Shown in pieces: positions 23,270 to 36,069 of a stretch of 64,000 nucleotides of DNA. Location of the stretch: contig NIVC01003771.1 in assembly GCA_002269645.1 (NCBI GenBank), positions 1 through 64,000 of the forward strand. The letters are read 5' to 3'. Below the pieces are notes generated by a model. The model had not been told where the DNA came from. It saw only the letters and a program-made list of their open reading frames with translations, and made no database searches. How positions within the stretch are numbered: the first letter of the stretch is position 1; each line of letters opens with the position of its first letter. Made by a program: the position numbers and the translations under genes. Source of the stretch: Macrostomum lignano. Taxonomy: Eukaryota.

Positions 23270-25485
23270 CTTGCCAATCAGTCAGTCCCAACCAAGCATC
23301 CCTCAGTCCCAACAAAGCATCCGTTAGTCCCAAACAAGCATCCGTCAGTCCCAACCAAGCATCCGTCAGTCCCAAACAATAATCCGCCAGTCCAAACCAA
23401 CTATCCGTCAGTGCCAACAATCCGTCAGTTCAAACAAAGCATCCGTCAGTCCCAACAAAGCATCCGTCAGTCCCAACAATCCGTCAGTCCCAAATAAGCA
23501 TCCGTCAGTCCCAACAAAGCATCCGTCAGTCCCAACAACCCGTCAGTCCCAACAAAGCATCCGTCAGTCCCAACAATCCGTCAGTCCCAACCAACAATCC
23601 GCCAGTCCCAACCAAGCATCCGTCAGTCCCAAGCATCCGTCAGTCCCAACAATCCGTCAGTCCCAACCAACTATCCGTCAGTCCCAACAATCCGTCAGTC
23701 CCAACCAACTATCCGTCAGTCCCAACAATCCGTCAGTCCCAACAATCCGTCAGTCCCAACAATCCGTCAGTCCCAACCAAGCATCCGTCAGTCCCAACAA
23801 TCCGTCAGTCCCAACCAAGCATCCGTCAGTCCCAAACAATAATCCGTCTGTCCCAACCAAGCATCCGTCAGTCCCAATCAATAATCCGTCAGTCCCAACC
23901 AAGCATCCGTCAGTCCCAACAATCCGTCAGTCCCAACCAAGCATCCGTCAGTCCCAACAATCCGTCAGTCCCAACCAAGCATCCGTCAGTCCCAACCAAG
24001 CATCCGTCAGTCCCAAACAATAATCCGTCAGTCCCGACCAAGCATCCGTCAGTCCCAACCAAGCATCCGTCAGTCCCAACCAAGCATCCGTCAGTCCCAA
24101 CAATCCGTCAGTCCCAAACAATAATCCGCCAGTCCCAACCAAGCATCCGTCAGTCCCAAACAATAATCCGTCAGTCCCAACAATCCGTCAGTCCCAAACA
24201 ATAATCCGTCAGTCCCAACCAAGCATCCGTCAGTCCCAAACAATAATCCGTCAGTCCCAACCAAGCATCCGTCAGTCCCAAACAATAATCCGTCAGTCCC
24301 AACCAAGCATCCGTCAGTCCCAAACAATAATCCGTCAGTCCCAACAATCCGTCAGTCCCAAACAATAATCCGTCAGTCCCAAACAAGCATCCGTCAGTCC
24401 CAAACAATAATCCGTCAGTCCCAACCAAGCATCCGTCAGTCCCAAACAATAATCCGTCAGTCCCAACCAAGCATCCGTCAGTCCCAACCAAGCATCCGTC
24501 AGTCCCAACCAAGCATCCGTCAGTCCCAACCAAGCATCCGTCAGTCCCAAACAATAATCCGTCAGTCCCAACCAAGCATCCGTCAGTCCCAAACAATAAT
24601 CCGTCAGTCCCAACCAAGCATCCGTCAGTCCCAGCAATCCGTCAGTCCCAAATAAGCATCCGTCAGTTCAAACAAAGCATCCGGCAGTCCCAGCCAAGCA
24701 TCCGTCAGACACAAACAATAATCCGTCAGTCGCAACAAAGCATCCGTCAGTCCCAAACAATAATCCGTCAGTCCCAACCAAGCATCCGTCAGTCCCAAAC
24801 AATAATCCGTCAGTCCCAACCAAGCATCCGTCAGTCCCAGCAATCCGTCAGTCCCAACCAAGCATCCGTCAGTCCCAGCAATCCGTCAGTCCCAAATAAG
24901 CATCCGTCAGTTCAAACAAAGCATCCGGCAGTCCCAGCCAAGCATCCGTCAGACACAAACAATAATCCGTCAGTCGCAACAAAGCATCCGTCAGTCCCAA
25001 ACAATAATCCGTCAGTCCCAACCAAGCATCCGTCAGTCCCAAACAATAATCCGTCAGTCCCAACCAAGCATCCGTCAGTCCCAGCAATCCGTCAGTCCCA
25101 ACCAAGCATCCGTCAGTTCAAACAAAGCATCCGGCAGTCCCAGCCAAGCATCCGTCAGACACAATCAATAATCCGTCAGTCCCAGCCAAGCATCCGTCAG
25201 TACCAACAAAGCATCCGTCAGTCCCAACCAAGCATCCGTCAGTACCAACAAAGCATCCGTCAGTCCCAACCAAGCATCCGTCAGTACCAACAAAGCATCC
25301 GTCAGTCCCAACCAAGCATCCGTCAGTACCAACAAAGCATCCGTCAGTCCCAACCAAGAATCCGTCAGTCCCAACAAAGTATCCGTCAGTCCCAACCAAG
25401 AATCCGTCAGTCCCAACAAAGAATCCGTCAGTCCCAACAAAGCATCCGTCAGTCCCAACAAAGCATCCGTCAGTCATAAACAAGC
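23270..25485 (+). repeat. ~2.2-kb minisatellite of 21-bp (CATCCGTCAGTCCCAACCAAG) and 17-bp variant units
   Basis: Direct tandem units; includes a 244-bp exact higher-order duplication (24625-24861 / 24869-25105). Confidence 0.97.
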
Positions 25486-25617
25486 ATACGCAAGAAGTTC
25501 CTCTGTCCCACTTTTCAGCTCAGTATTAGATACATTCAATGTATTCCAGTCGCAGCAGTTTATTGCAGCAGAGGCTGGGCCAAGTTCAAATAAAGCTCAT
25601 AATTATTCATCTCACTT

Positions 25618-25680
25618 GTTAGCGCAGTTGGTAGGCAGGGCACGATCACCGGAAAGAAACTTTCGATCTCGAGTGCTAAG
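25618..25680 (+). other. Degenerate tRNA-like fragment (A-box TAGCGCAGTTGGTAG), possible SINE head or pseudo-tRNA
   Basis: The D-arm/A-box motif is clear; only a weak B-box (TTCGATC) follows and no cloverleaf can be built. Confidence 0.25.
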
Positions 25681-26642
25681 AAGCAAAGGGAGCTTTGCAT
25701 CTAAACTACTCTCATAAAATCCCCAGTGCCCGCCATTTTAGGCTTGCTCAGCCTTCTCCCATCTGGGTCAACTTGCCACCGGAAAGACTTAAGCTTTGGC
25801 TTTAGGATAAGTTCTAGCCTCCGGGATGTCGCATTTTTGTGCAACTCCGCTGAGCGCAACTCTGAGCGCGAAGCTGCAGTAAAAGCATTAAAATTGCTAC
25901 TTTTGCTCGTTGCTCATTGATTACTGGCAGCAGAGGCAACGCCCTGTCAGTCTTTGGGGCCGCTTTGTCCCGGCTTGAGGCTGCTGCTGCCAGTCAGACG
26001 AATTAGAAGAGAAATTTGGCTGAATTCGTCAAGCCTAGAAGGGCGGACAGCAGCAGCAGCTGCTGCAGAGTTTGGAGAGGCCCTCCGCAAGGCTAACAAT
26101 GTGCAAACATCAGCGAACCTGCACCCCCCTCTCTAACCTGCTGCTGGCGCTCCCACAGGACTGTCTCCGTGGGATAACTCCCGCCAGGCAGCATTCGGAA
26201 ACAAAGGACTTGAAAAAAAAGTACGAAGATAAGCATGAAATTCTAAGAAACCAAAGGAAGTGAATACAACAGAGGCAAAAAGCTGCATGGGATGCAGCCC
26301 CCTGTTGTATACGCTGTATACTTAGCCTCCTTTATTATTTGCTAGAAAGAGTTGCAACAAAAATTCGTTTGCAAAGAAATGGGGTAGCGGGGAGAGTTTA
26401 CCGACTGTGGGCCGACCAAATGGACGAAATCTTCTGGCGAAACTGCCGAAACGCATATTATCTACATGAATATTAAACAGTAAATTAGATTATAGTATGC
26501 AGAAATGAAAATAATATACAAAATACGAGGCTATTCAGTAAATAGAGAGTTTTAAATACGGATTGAGAACCAGCCTTTATTTGATAGTCACTCTTTAGTC
26601 ATTCATCGATCACTCTTTAGTTACTCGACCCGCGAGCTCAGG

Positions 26643-27130
26643 CTAGCAGTCCAGGCCAGCCAGGCCAAGCCGGTCGGTCACGCGGGCTCGCAGCAGGTTG
26701 CCGTCAACCAGGTAGACGCTGTGCAACCGACGCGGGTCCCCGCCATCTCGGGCCGTCCGTTGTCCGGCCGCATCGAGGACGTCGCGCAGTGCGGCGCCGA
26801 AGGCCGGGCATGCCGCCGCCAGTGCGTCAAGCGGCGTAGGCAGCGGAGATTCGCGACCGGCCTGTCGAAACAGCCGCCGACCGCATCGCCGGATGAATTT
26901 CTTGGCCAGTCGGATCGAGCTCAGGTACCGCCTCGGGTCCGTCCGGCGTCTGAGCTGGGCAAAGAATGGGCTCAGGGGGCCCACGGTGGCCAGGGTGACT
27001 CCCCGGTCTGGCACCTCGCACATGTAGGAATAGAAATATTTCTCGCTGTCGGGCACTGTGGCGCAATCGGTCGGGCCGAGGGCCAGGTACAGGCAGGTGT
27101 GCTCATAACCCGGCGGCTGCGGCTGCAAAT
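26643..27130 (-). CDS. Probable terminal exon of an unidentified gene (the ORF may extend to ~27370)
   Basis: GC-rich, host-like codon usage from ~27130 to TAG at 26643 (…EHTCLYLALGPTDCATVPDSEKYFYSYMCEVPDRGVTLATVGPL…). Candidate acceptor TTCATTTGCAG near 27125. No family recognised. Confidence 0.55.
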
Positions 27131-29794
27131 GAACTCTACAGTTGTCTGCACTGCTTCTGCGTCGATTGAGTAAGCGAAGAGTGGTTTGCATCAATCCTTG
27201 AAGATTACTCCTGTTTGGGATTATTAGCCTTGCAAGAAAATAACTGTTGCTCTGGCTACTGTGGCGCAATCTTGGTTGGAATATTCTGCTCAACACGGCT
27301 CTCTGATATATGAGATACTCCGGCCCGCATACATTCGTGTCCGATAAGATAACAGCAACCTTTGCCGGTTTAATAACTGCCCCAAGCATGACAGAGAGAG
27401 AGAGAGAGATAAACAACTGACGTCAATGGTTTGCAGAGAGAGCCGTTTGCATGGCTTACCTGTGCAGCTGTGAACTCTAGAAACGCTTGACAGACAAACC
27501 TTCGCTTTGTAGGTTCCAAGAAAATGCACAGTTTTTCTGCGTTTCTGTGTTTTGTTTTTGTTTCCGAGCACTTTTATTCACAGATTTCAGAACTGACGTC
27601 AGCTGAATAGTTAATCAGCTGCAGGTAAAAATCTTAAAAAACAATCTGGAGGCCTCTGAGTAATGACATTGTTATCAACCCCATTTAAGGCGTTGAAGTA
27701 TAGTCAAGGCGTGATGTTTTCAAGGTATTGAAGTGGCTTGCTGAGTGACAAGGTGAGTCAGTATTTGAAAGTGGGTCAGCAGAGGTCATCTAGTTGACAA
27801 GGTGGGTCTTTAGGGTGATAAGTGTGCCATCAGTATGTGCTAAAACAATGTATAGCGAGTGCCACCAGCTAGAATAACAAAAATGTAATTTAGTGATTTA
27901 AAACGAAAGCAACCGAACGCTTTGTATTAGGAATACCGGTTGGCTCAACTATCAGCTTGGCTGATAAAAGCAACATTATGGCTTTTTGCAGTCAGTTTGA
28001 GCTTAGGAGCAGTTGACTTAATCCAGAGTGGCAGAACGCTACTCTCAAGACAATTGCTGCGCCAAGTCTATGGCCCAACCTATAAATCAGCAACAAGATG
28101 AGCTTGGAAGCTAAGATAGCGACACTATGAAACGGCCCCAGACGAGCAGGGTGACGGCCCGCAACCAAGAACCTGGACAAAGATCAGTGATGGAAGTTTT
28201 GGACAGAGATTAGTGACCGATCGATATTGCGAAATGGACTAAGATTAATGTCTAGTTGCTATACGATACGAGGGAGGAAAATAAACTAAGTTGAATGCTC
28301 CAAAGATGAAGTAGATAACACCCCCAGATTTGTTTCTTTGGCGTATAGAATGGCTGAGAATGGCGCAGTCCGAATGGGATTCAGCCAGGCGATCCCAAAT
28401 CTCAAGCAGCTAATCAATTCGCAATCGTAATTTCTGGCAAGTCCAATTCGACATGGAAGACGGTTTACCTTCCGATCCTGGCGATTTTGAGACCCCAAGA
28501 TATGGATATTTCTCCGGATTTACTGGACTTTCTGATACAAACAGAAAATGCGTCACAGTTGGCGCGCTCTAGTGAAAATAAGGGCCGATTCCAGACACTC
28601 ACAGAAGCAGACGTTTAGCGAGAGATTGAAGAGAGCTCGCCCTCGACAACAAGAAGGAAGGCAGAATGGTCAATCCGGTGGTGGTGGTCCAGCTCTACTG
28701 GTTTTAAACGACGTGGACGAAATGTCAAAAAGTGAGCTGAACTTTCTATTGAAACTCTTTGTCCTGTTGGACGAACTGACTGGCTTTTTAACTTTGTTAT
28801 TTTTCTTCTCTTGTTCTAAATTTTTCGCTGTTCTGCACTAGCTGATTTCACGGCCCGGCCATTAAATAAAATGCGTTACATACCATAGACATTGGATTGA
28901 GCCAGACTGGGGCCGGTTTAAGTTTTTTTCACCAGTCAAACTTCACCAGTCAAACCAGTCACCAGTCAGACTGGTGACTGGCAGCAAAGAATAATAGCTC
29001 AGTATTCTTTGGGCGGCAGTTGTCTTGAGTGTAGCGCTCTGCCGCTCTGAATGCTCCTAAGCTCGCTAGGAGCCTCGGTAAAAGCAATAAAAGGCGGCGG
29101 AAACGCCTCATAGCTACCTGGGAGCTTCAGCTTCTGATCGTGCACTTCTGAAAGGCACTTCTAGCTCTGCTGCTAAGAACAGCATTCCTAAATAGATAGA
29201 AGCTGCAGACGAGCTGATAGAATTGCTAATCAATCACGCTGCCGTGTCTTCTCCAGCCAAGCATGGTCAGCATGCAGCTGCTGCGAGGGAAAATCGATTG
29301 AGTTATTGCAGTCAATAATTTCATAATTAATTTATAGCCTATTTCATTCCGGAGAGATATACTAGAGAAAAAGGCCAATTGATTTTTCTCAGTTCCAAGC
29401 TAAACTGTTGACATAAATATTGTCGCGTACCACTCGGGTGCAGACAACCTGGGCAAGGATTATCTTGTCAGCAGATGACATTAAAGCTATTTCATTAATA
29501 CAATTCTTCTACTATACTTACAGTGTAGTTGTCATAGCCAACAGCCCCAAGATATTAATTTGAAATATTGGATTGCAGTAGTCGAAATACTCCGTATAAT
29601 TGGGAGGCTGAGTTTGGCGTGGGATCTGTAGTTAAGTCGTCGGGCAGCTGTTGCATTTCGGGTGAGCAGATTGGCCTTCTGCTCGCTAGACGGCCAGTAG
29701 AGATTGATGAAGTGAAGGCCACTAGATGGGCAAGAAAACATTTGGGGGCAGTGAGGGCAGTAAAGAACGCTGAGACACCGTGTGGGTGTGGGAA

Positions 29795-30560
29795 TTCTGA
29801 GACTACACGGGGGAAGCTGAGACTACACGGGGAAGCTGAGATATCACGGGGAAGCTGAGACTACACTACACGGGGGAAGTTGAGATATCACGGAGGAAGC
29901 TGAGACTAAATTGAGGAAGCTGAGATATCACGGAGGAAGCTGAGACTGCACGGGGGAAGCTGAGATATCACGGAGGAAGCTGAGACTGCACGGGGGAAGC
30001 TGAGATATCACGGAGGAAGCTGAGATATCACGGAGGAAACTGAGATATCACGGAGGAAGCTGAGATATCACGTGGGGAGCTGAGATATCACGGAGGAAGC
30101 TGAGACTACATGGGGGAAGCTGAGACTACACGGAAAAAACTGAGATATCACGGAAGAAGCTGAGACTACATGGGGGAAGCTGAGATATCACGGAGGAAGC
30201 TGAGATATCACGGAGGAAGCTGAGACTAAACTGAGGAAGCTGAGATATCACGGAGGAAGCTGAGACTGCACGGGGGAAGCTGAGATATCACGGAGGAAGC
30301 TGAGATATCACGGAGGAAGCTGAGACTAAACTGAGGAAGCTGAGATATCACGGGGGAGCTGAGATATCACGGAGGAAGCTGAGATATCACGGAGGAAGCT
30401 GAGACTGCACGGGGGAAGCTGAGATATCACGGAGGAAGCTGAGACTGCACGGGGGAAGCTGAGATATCACGGAGGAAGCTGAGACTGCACGGGGGAAGCT
30501 GAGATATCACAGAGGAAGCTTAGAAATCACGGGGGAGCTGAGGTAGCATGGATGAAGCTG
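29795..30560 (+). repeat. 20-bp minisatellite (GCTGAGATATCACGGAGGAA, ~38 copies)
   Basis: Direct tandem units with GACTGC/GACTAC variants. Confidence 0.96.
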
Positions 30561-32059
30561 AGAAGTTGAGACAGCTTGTGATGCAGCAATTTTCAAGCGT
30601 CACAATCTAAAAAACGCTCACTACTACCCAAAACTCACTTACTACTGATGGTGTCTTACTACTGACAAAAGTAATATCGTGCAAAAACATTTCTCATGAA
30701 CTTGTCCGCAATTCGGCTGAGCCTGCGACGCAATAAAAATTGGCGAATATTTATAAAGAGCACCAGATCCCGTCTGGTCTGTTTGGCTCGGCCAGTGCGC
30801 AGTGTGTAATGCGACTCGACTAAAACGGACAGACAGACAGCTGCTGCGCAAGACAGATGGCGGACGGTTGCAGACGGCTGGGGCTTCAAAGCTCTTTTTG
30901 ATCTGGAGGGTTTGCCCCCGCTATTCCCCGTCCTGCAGGCGGAAATGGAGACAGGGGAGAGCTAGAATGATGGGGGCAGATGCAACACCAGTTGGTAGTT
31001 GCAGACGCGGCTGTGGGTTGTGCTTGGGCCATGATGATTTCGAGTTCTAGAATCTGGAATGAGAAACATCCCCTGTTCTAATACTAGGGCTAGGGAGATT
31101 GAAGCAAAAAATCTGCCTGACGATTTTTGACGTACATGCCTGACGATTAGAAAGTAGGGGCCGCTGTACACCTGCGTACAGTATCGGCGCGCTTGTATGT
31201 GCCTTATTATCATTATTATATTATAAGGTTGCATGGGTTCTTCGCGTGTATTTAGAACGTATTAATTACTATCAAGTAAACAAACACTAAGTGAAATTAG
31301 TGAAATTCCATGTTCTAGCTATATCGATCTCCTTGGCCGGCTGGGCCGCCGTTGTGTGCGAGACCGAGCGTGTGTGCGTGTGCAGTGTAGCCGATGCCAG
31401 ACCCCTCCGTCGCTCTCCCGCACCACCCTTGCACCCACCCCGGCCCGCTTTGGGTCTTCTTTCCAGTTTCCCGGAGCCAACTGGAGGCGGCAGCAGCAAA
31501 CTGGGGCGGTGCAGAGACAGCTGCAGCTACAGAAAGGAGAGAGCGGTACACTGCGGGTCAGGAAAGCAATGTTTGCGCTTTGGTTCCGCTGGCCTGTTGG
31601 CGGGCTGAGCGCAGGCAGATACGCAATACTGCACGATAGGCATTATAAAGATTCGGCCGCTGTCTGGCATGGAATCTGCACTGTCATTTAGCTGCTAGTT
31701 GCTCCGCTGTCTCCTCTCCCTCTTTCCCTTTCCTCTCTCAGCGATCATCGGCATTAACGAGCCTGGCAGAGCGGCAATGGTCTCTCAGTTCGACCAGCCA
31801 GCTTCATCAGCACTCTATTAACGCAGCTATCTATAGCTTAAGCTACCAGAATAGAACTAGTTGATCGCTAGATTAGAATCCGACAAGCTAAATTTTTTTC
31901 TAAATTGGTAAGTTGTATTTTTTAACATCTTGGTTAAAAATATTGTCAAGCCAACTTGGTTTTGAGGCTGAATTTATTTTCCTTGTTACAGTTACGAAAG
32001 CAACACGAAATTTCATCGCTTTTAGACCAGAGATCGAAGGCTGATTTTGAGATAGAGGG

Positions 32060-32250
32060 GGAGAGGAGAGGGGAAGGAGAGGATAGAGGAAGGGAGATGA
32101 GTCGAGAGGGAGAGAGACAGAAGGGGAGAGATGAGAAGAGACACAAACCTTGAGCGGGCCGGATTGCTATAATTCTGAAGTTTCAAAAGACCCGAGGGCC
32201 GGATAGAGTGACGTCGCGGGCTGCATGTTGCCCGCGGGCCGGAGTTCGCT
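32060..32250 (-). mobile_element. hAT (Charlie/Buster-type) non-autonomous element end with GA-rich tract, copy 1
   Basis: GGGCCGGAT...GCCCGCGGGCCG subterminal motifs typical of hAT ends; homologous in the opposite orientation to 43182-43300. Confidence 0.6.
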
Positions 32251-33454
32251 TCAGACTATAGATATCAAAATGTTTTGATGCAGAGAAACTGAATACTTGG
32301 CAGTCAGACTTATTGTATGAAGATGAGGATTTGGAGAGAGATATTACTTCAGATTCTGGTTCAGAATCACCTAGTATAAGGTCAAGAGGAGGGTTCACTA
32401 GATCAGACAAGCAGGTGCAGGTTACGCCAGTTGACTGTTTTGCCAAAGCAATCCATTAGCATTTCTCCTGCAGTGCCACCCCTGGAGCCTTCAATCGTTT
32501 AATGTATACAAACAGGTGAAACCTGACCCAGGGTTGAAGATACACGGAAAGAAACCCTGCTGCATAGACAGAAAAAAATCTTTGGCCTTAGACACGGGAT
32601 GCGCTGTGGAGGGATGCGCGCACCAAATTTGAAAAGATTGGACGGGTCAGCGAAAATGATGCGCTTAAGCAGTGTCGGTACTGGAGTAACTAGGCCGAAT
32701 CTTTGAAACCTGGTGTTTGTGTACGAAAATTAGCCTTGAGGCTTGTGGTCTGCATGGGGGATTCACACCCGTGGCCGTGAGGGCCAACCCCCAAGGCACA
32801 GTTTAATTACTTGTAGAAAGTCAGGACTACTTCTTTAATAAGTTTCTAAATTCTTTTGGAACTCGAAATAAGCATATTGGATAAGAGCAGTGTGGAGCAG
32901 AACACCCTGGAATCGTTCATAACTTTTTAATTGTTTCTTTAACCCGATGGCTAAACTCTGAGGCTAGTAATAAACAGGGTGGAAAGCTAGTCCATCAAGT
33001 GACCATAATTTAAGCTCGATAAGAACTAGGTGCCCCCCCCCACGCATTTAACAGCACCTCCTCTCTACTCGCGCCTATTACGTGAGAATTTGCTTTTAAA
33101 ACGCAGTTCTCGTTTCTATAGCTTTGGCTTAAATAGTGACTCACGCTATCACAAAGCCTTTTGCTCTCGCTCTTTTCCTCCGCCCCCCTCTGTTTACTTC
33201 TTCAATACTCGACCTACTTGTGCGCCCAGTCACATGCCAACTAGCGAGCCCGGTCAGCTCGGAAAGATAAAGCAGCACTTTGAAACACGCAGTGACGCAA
33301 CAGTTGGCTGCGTGTTGCCCAGGCCATTCTTAAGCTTGAAACCTGTCAGTCAGCTCACTGCAGTGATATAATAATTAGCTCGTATTTACTGTGCTCACAA
33401 GCCAGCCACTCGTTGAGGTAGGATAATCTAAGGCTAAATTCCTTCCTAACCTTC

Positions 33455-33522
33455 CCTTCCTTCCTCCCTTCCATCCTTCCTTCCTTCCTTCCTTCCATCC
33501 TTCCTTCCTTCCTTCCTTCGCT

Positions 33523-33553
<31 letters not shown>

Positions 33554-33705
33554 TCGTTCGTTCGTTCGTTCGTTCGTTCGTTCGTTCGTTCGTTCGTTCG
33601 TTCATTCGTTCGTTCGTTCGTTCGTTCGTTCGTTCGTTCGTTCGTTCGTTCGTTCGTTCGTTCGTTCGTTCGTTCGTTCGTTCGTTCGTTCGTTCGTTCG
33701 TCCCT
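33455..33705 (+). repeat. Compound (TCCT)n/(TCGT)n microsatellite ~80 bp upstream of the Rac-like ATG
   Basis: Direct reading. Confidence 0.97.
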
Positions 33706-33782
33706 CCCTTTAATCATTCAGCCATTAATTAATTCATTTCATCACTCCTTCAGGGGCTCACTGCACAGCCTATATCGCAGCA

Positions 33783-34662
33783 ATGCCCCAGCAGCAGCAT
33801 CAACAGCAGCACCTGCACCCTCACCTGCCGGCTCGCATCAAGTGCGTAGTGGTCGGCGACGGAGGCGCCGGCAAGACCTGCCTCCTGTCCTCTTACTCAC
33901 GCGGAGTCTTCCCAACTGACTACATACCCACGGTGTTCGACAACTACGACGCAGCCGTGATGGTGTGCGGGGCCCAGGTGCATCTCAGCCTGTGGGACAG
34001 CGCCGGCCAAGAGGACTACGACAAGCTGCGGCCGCTGTCCTACCCAGAAACCGACGTCTTTCTCGTCTGCTTCAGCGTCGGCAACAAGCCGTCGTTTGCC
34101 AACGTGCTGGACAAATGGAGCCCCGAGCTGAGGCAGCACGCACCGCAGGCCCCACTGCTCCTAGTCGGCACCAAGGCCGACCTGCGCGATGACGCCGAGT
34201 TCACGGCGCACCTGGCGCTGCACAACGACTGCCCGATCGGGCGCGATGAGGCCGCCGATATGGCGCGCGAAATTGGCGCCGTCAAGTACATCGAGTGCTC
34301 GGCGCTCAAGGGGATCAACGTGTCGCTGGTAATTCGCATGGCAACTAATTGGTTTTTGCAAATCTGTTTTGAGACTAGCTCGTTTCACACCGCCATCAAG
34401 TAAGGCCAAAGGGCCTGTCAACTTAAGCTCATAAAGTAGAGTCCCTAATTATCCTCTTGCTTGTTTTCCCCCATCCTAAGTCCGATTCTCGTCAATTTTT
34501 TTGCTAAACCCTGCTTTCTGGTGTTTCTCAGAACCTCTTGTTTCACCAACAATCCAGGTGTTCGAGGAGGCGGTGAAGTCCGTGCTCTGGCCCGAGTGCA
34601 GCGCCAGTGGCAAGCGCACGACCAGCAAGAAGCACCGGAAGCGGTCGTGCGCACTTCAGTGA
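33783..34662 (+). CDS. Rho-family small GTPase, Rac-like (216 aa); join(33783..34328,34558..34662)
   Basis: G1 GDGGAGKT, switch [11 protein letters not shown]3 [10 protein letters not shown]4 TKAD, G5 ECSAL. Rac-type W56 and [15 protein letters not shown]. Intron CTG|GTAATT...ATCCAG|GTG restores [10 protein letters not shown], a polybasic region and a CAAX box (CALQ*). Confidence 0.96.
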
Positions 34663-34859
34663 AGCGAGGTGGCAGCAGTCAGATGCGCTAACGAAGCCAC
34701 GCTAGTCCGCAAGGGTGCAGGGGCGAGAGAAAATAATTACTTTGTATGGTTGTGCCACTTGGACTTGAACCATATAGCCGACACCCGGGCATAAAGACGG
34801 ACGTTCTCATCCCCCCAGCTTTCAAATTTTGTTACTCGTCAATTTGTCACCTCAAATAC

Positions 34860-35195
34860 ACACCCTGACGATCTGAGCTGCTCACCTCCACGCCCTGACG
34901 ATCTGAGCTGCTCACCTCCACACCCTGACGATCTCAGCTGCTCACCTCCACACCCTGACGATCTGAGCTGCTCACCTCCACACCCTGACGATCTGAACTG
35001 CTCACCTCCACACCCTGACGATCTGAACTGCTCACCTCCACACCCTGGCGATCTCAGCTGCTCACCTCCACACCCTGGCGATCTCAGCTGCTCACCTCCA
35101 CACCCTGACGATCTCAGCTGCTCACCTCCACACCCTGACGATCTCAGCTGCTCACCTCCACACCCTGACGATCTCAGCTGCTCACCTCCACATCT
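34860..35195 (+). repeat. 30-bp minisatellite (CACCCTGACGATCTCAGCTGCTCACCTCCA, ~11 copies)
   Basis: Direct tandem units. Confidence 0.96.
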
Positions 35196-36069
35196 CAGCG
35201 AAAGGTTCACAAACCATGAATGTGGGAATGATGACTCGCAACAGTGCAACTGAGTAAAAGCCTAATACTATTTTATCATAGCCTTTTTGAAGCCGCGCTT
35301 GCACGAGAGTCCAGGAATATTTACGGATAATATTTTAGCTTGAAAACCTTTTACGAAGCAAAACTCAAGAGAGGTTTTAACACACCCGGACCAGCCAATA
35401 TGCCTATAATAGCTTTTTACTGCAGGCGTGCTGTACATAGCCGTAAACCTATCCCTTAATATTGGGATCAACCTGCAAGGAATCCTTAGAGCCTTTGACA
35501 TTTTCGCTTTAATTCCAAAAGGAGCTTCCGCAAATGAAAGCCTTGTAAAATATTGATTTCTTATGCTTTTTTAGCTGTCACAATTAATTATTTCAAACAA
35601 GCGCTTTTCACGCGCTTTGGCCCTGTCGTAAATATACCTGTTGTACCGTTCCCGGCGCAATAACTTCGGTGTAACATGGAAAATATATGAAATTCCTGCA
35701 ATAATAAATGTTGCTAAATAGTCAGAAGTTAAATATGACCAGTGAACTTTCTTAATTTTTGAAGAAAAATTGTGAAATTAACTTTTCAGTGAAGTGAGGA
35801 CAGCGACTTGAGCCTGAGCACCGAATTTCACCATGCAGTTTAAAATAAAAAAACGCAATGGGATTGAATTATCTCTTGCTGGCTACTACAAGTAGAGGTC
35901 TTAGAAAAGTTTTGTAAATATATACATGGCAGAAAGAAATGCATAGACTTTTTATATTTGCCAAAATTGCACAGATTAGATAAAGGTAGTCATGATTTAA
36001 GCAGGATGAGCAACTTTCCACGAGTCAATTATATAAGGTAGAAAACTGCAATCACATTGACTTGAAATA

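Noticed and set aside
23270-25485. Possible CRISPR-like array or GLTD/GTDG repeat proteins
   Set aside because: Units are head-to-tail with no unique spacers, there are no cas genes, the context is eukaryotic, and the ORFs are repeat artefacts.
34329-34403. Single-exon 206-aa Rho ORF ending FHTAIK
   Set aside because: This is read-through into the intron; splicing to 34558 restores the conserved helix 5 and the CAAX box.
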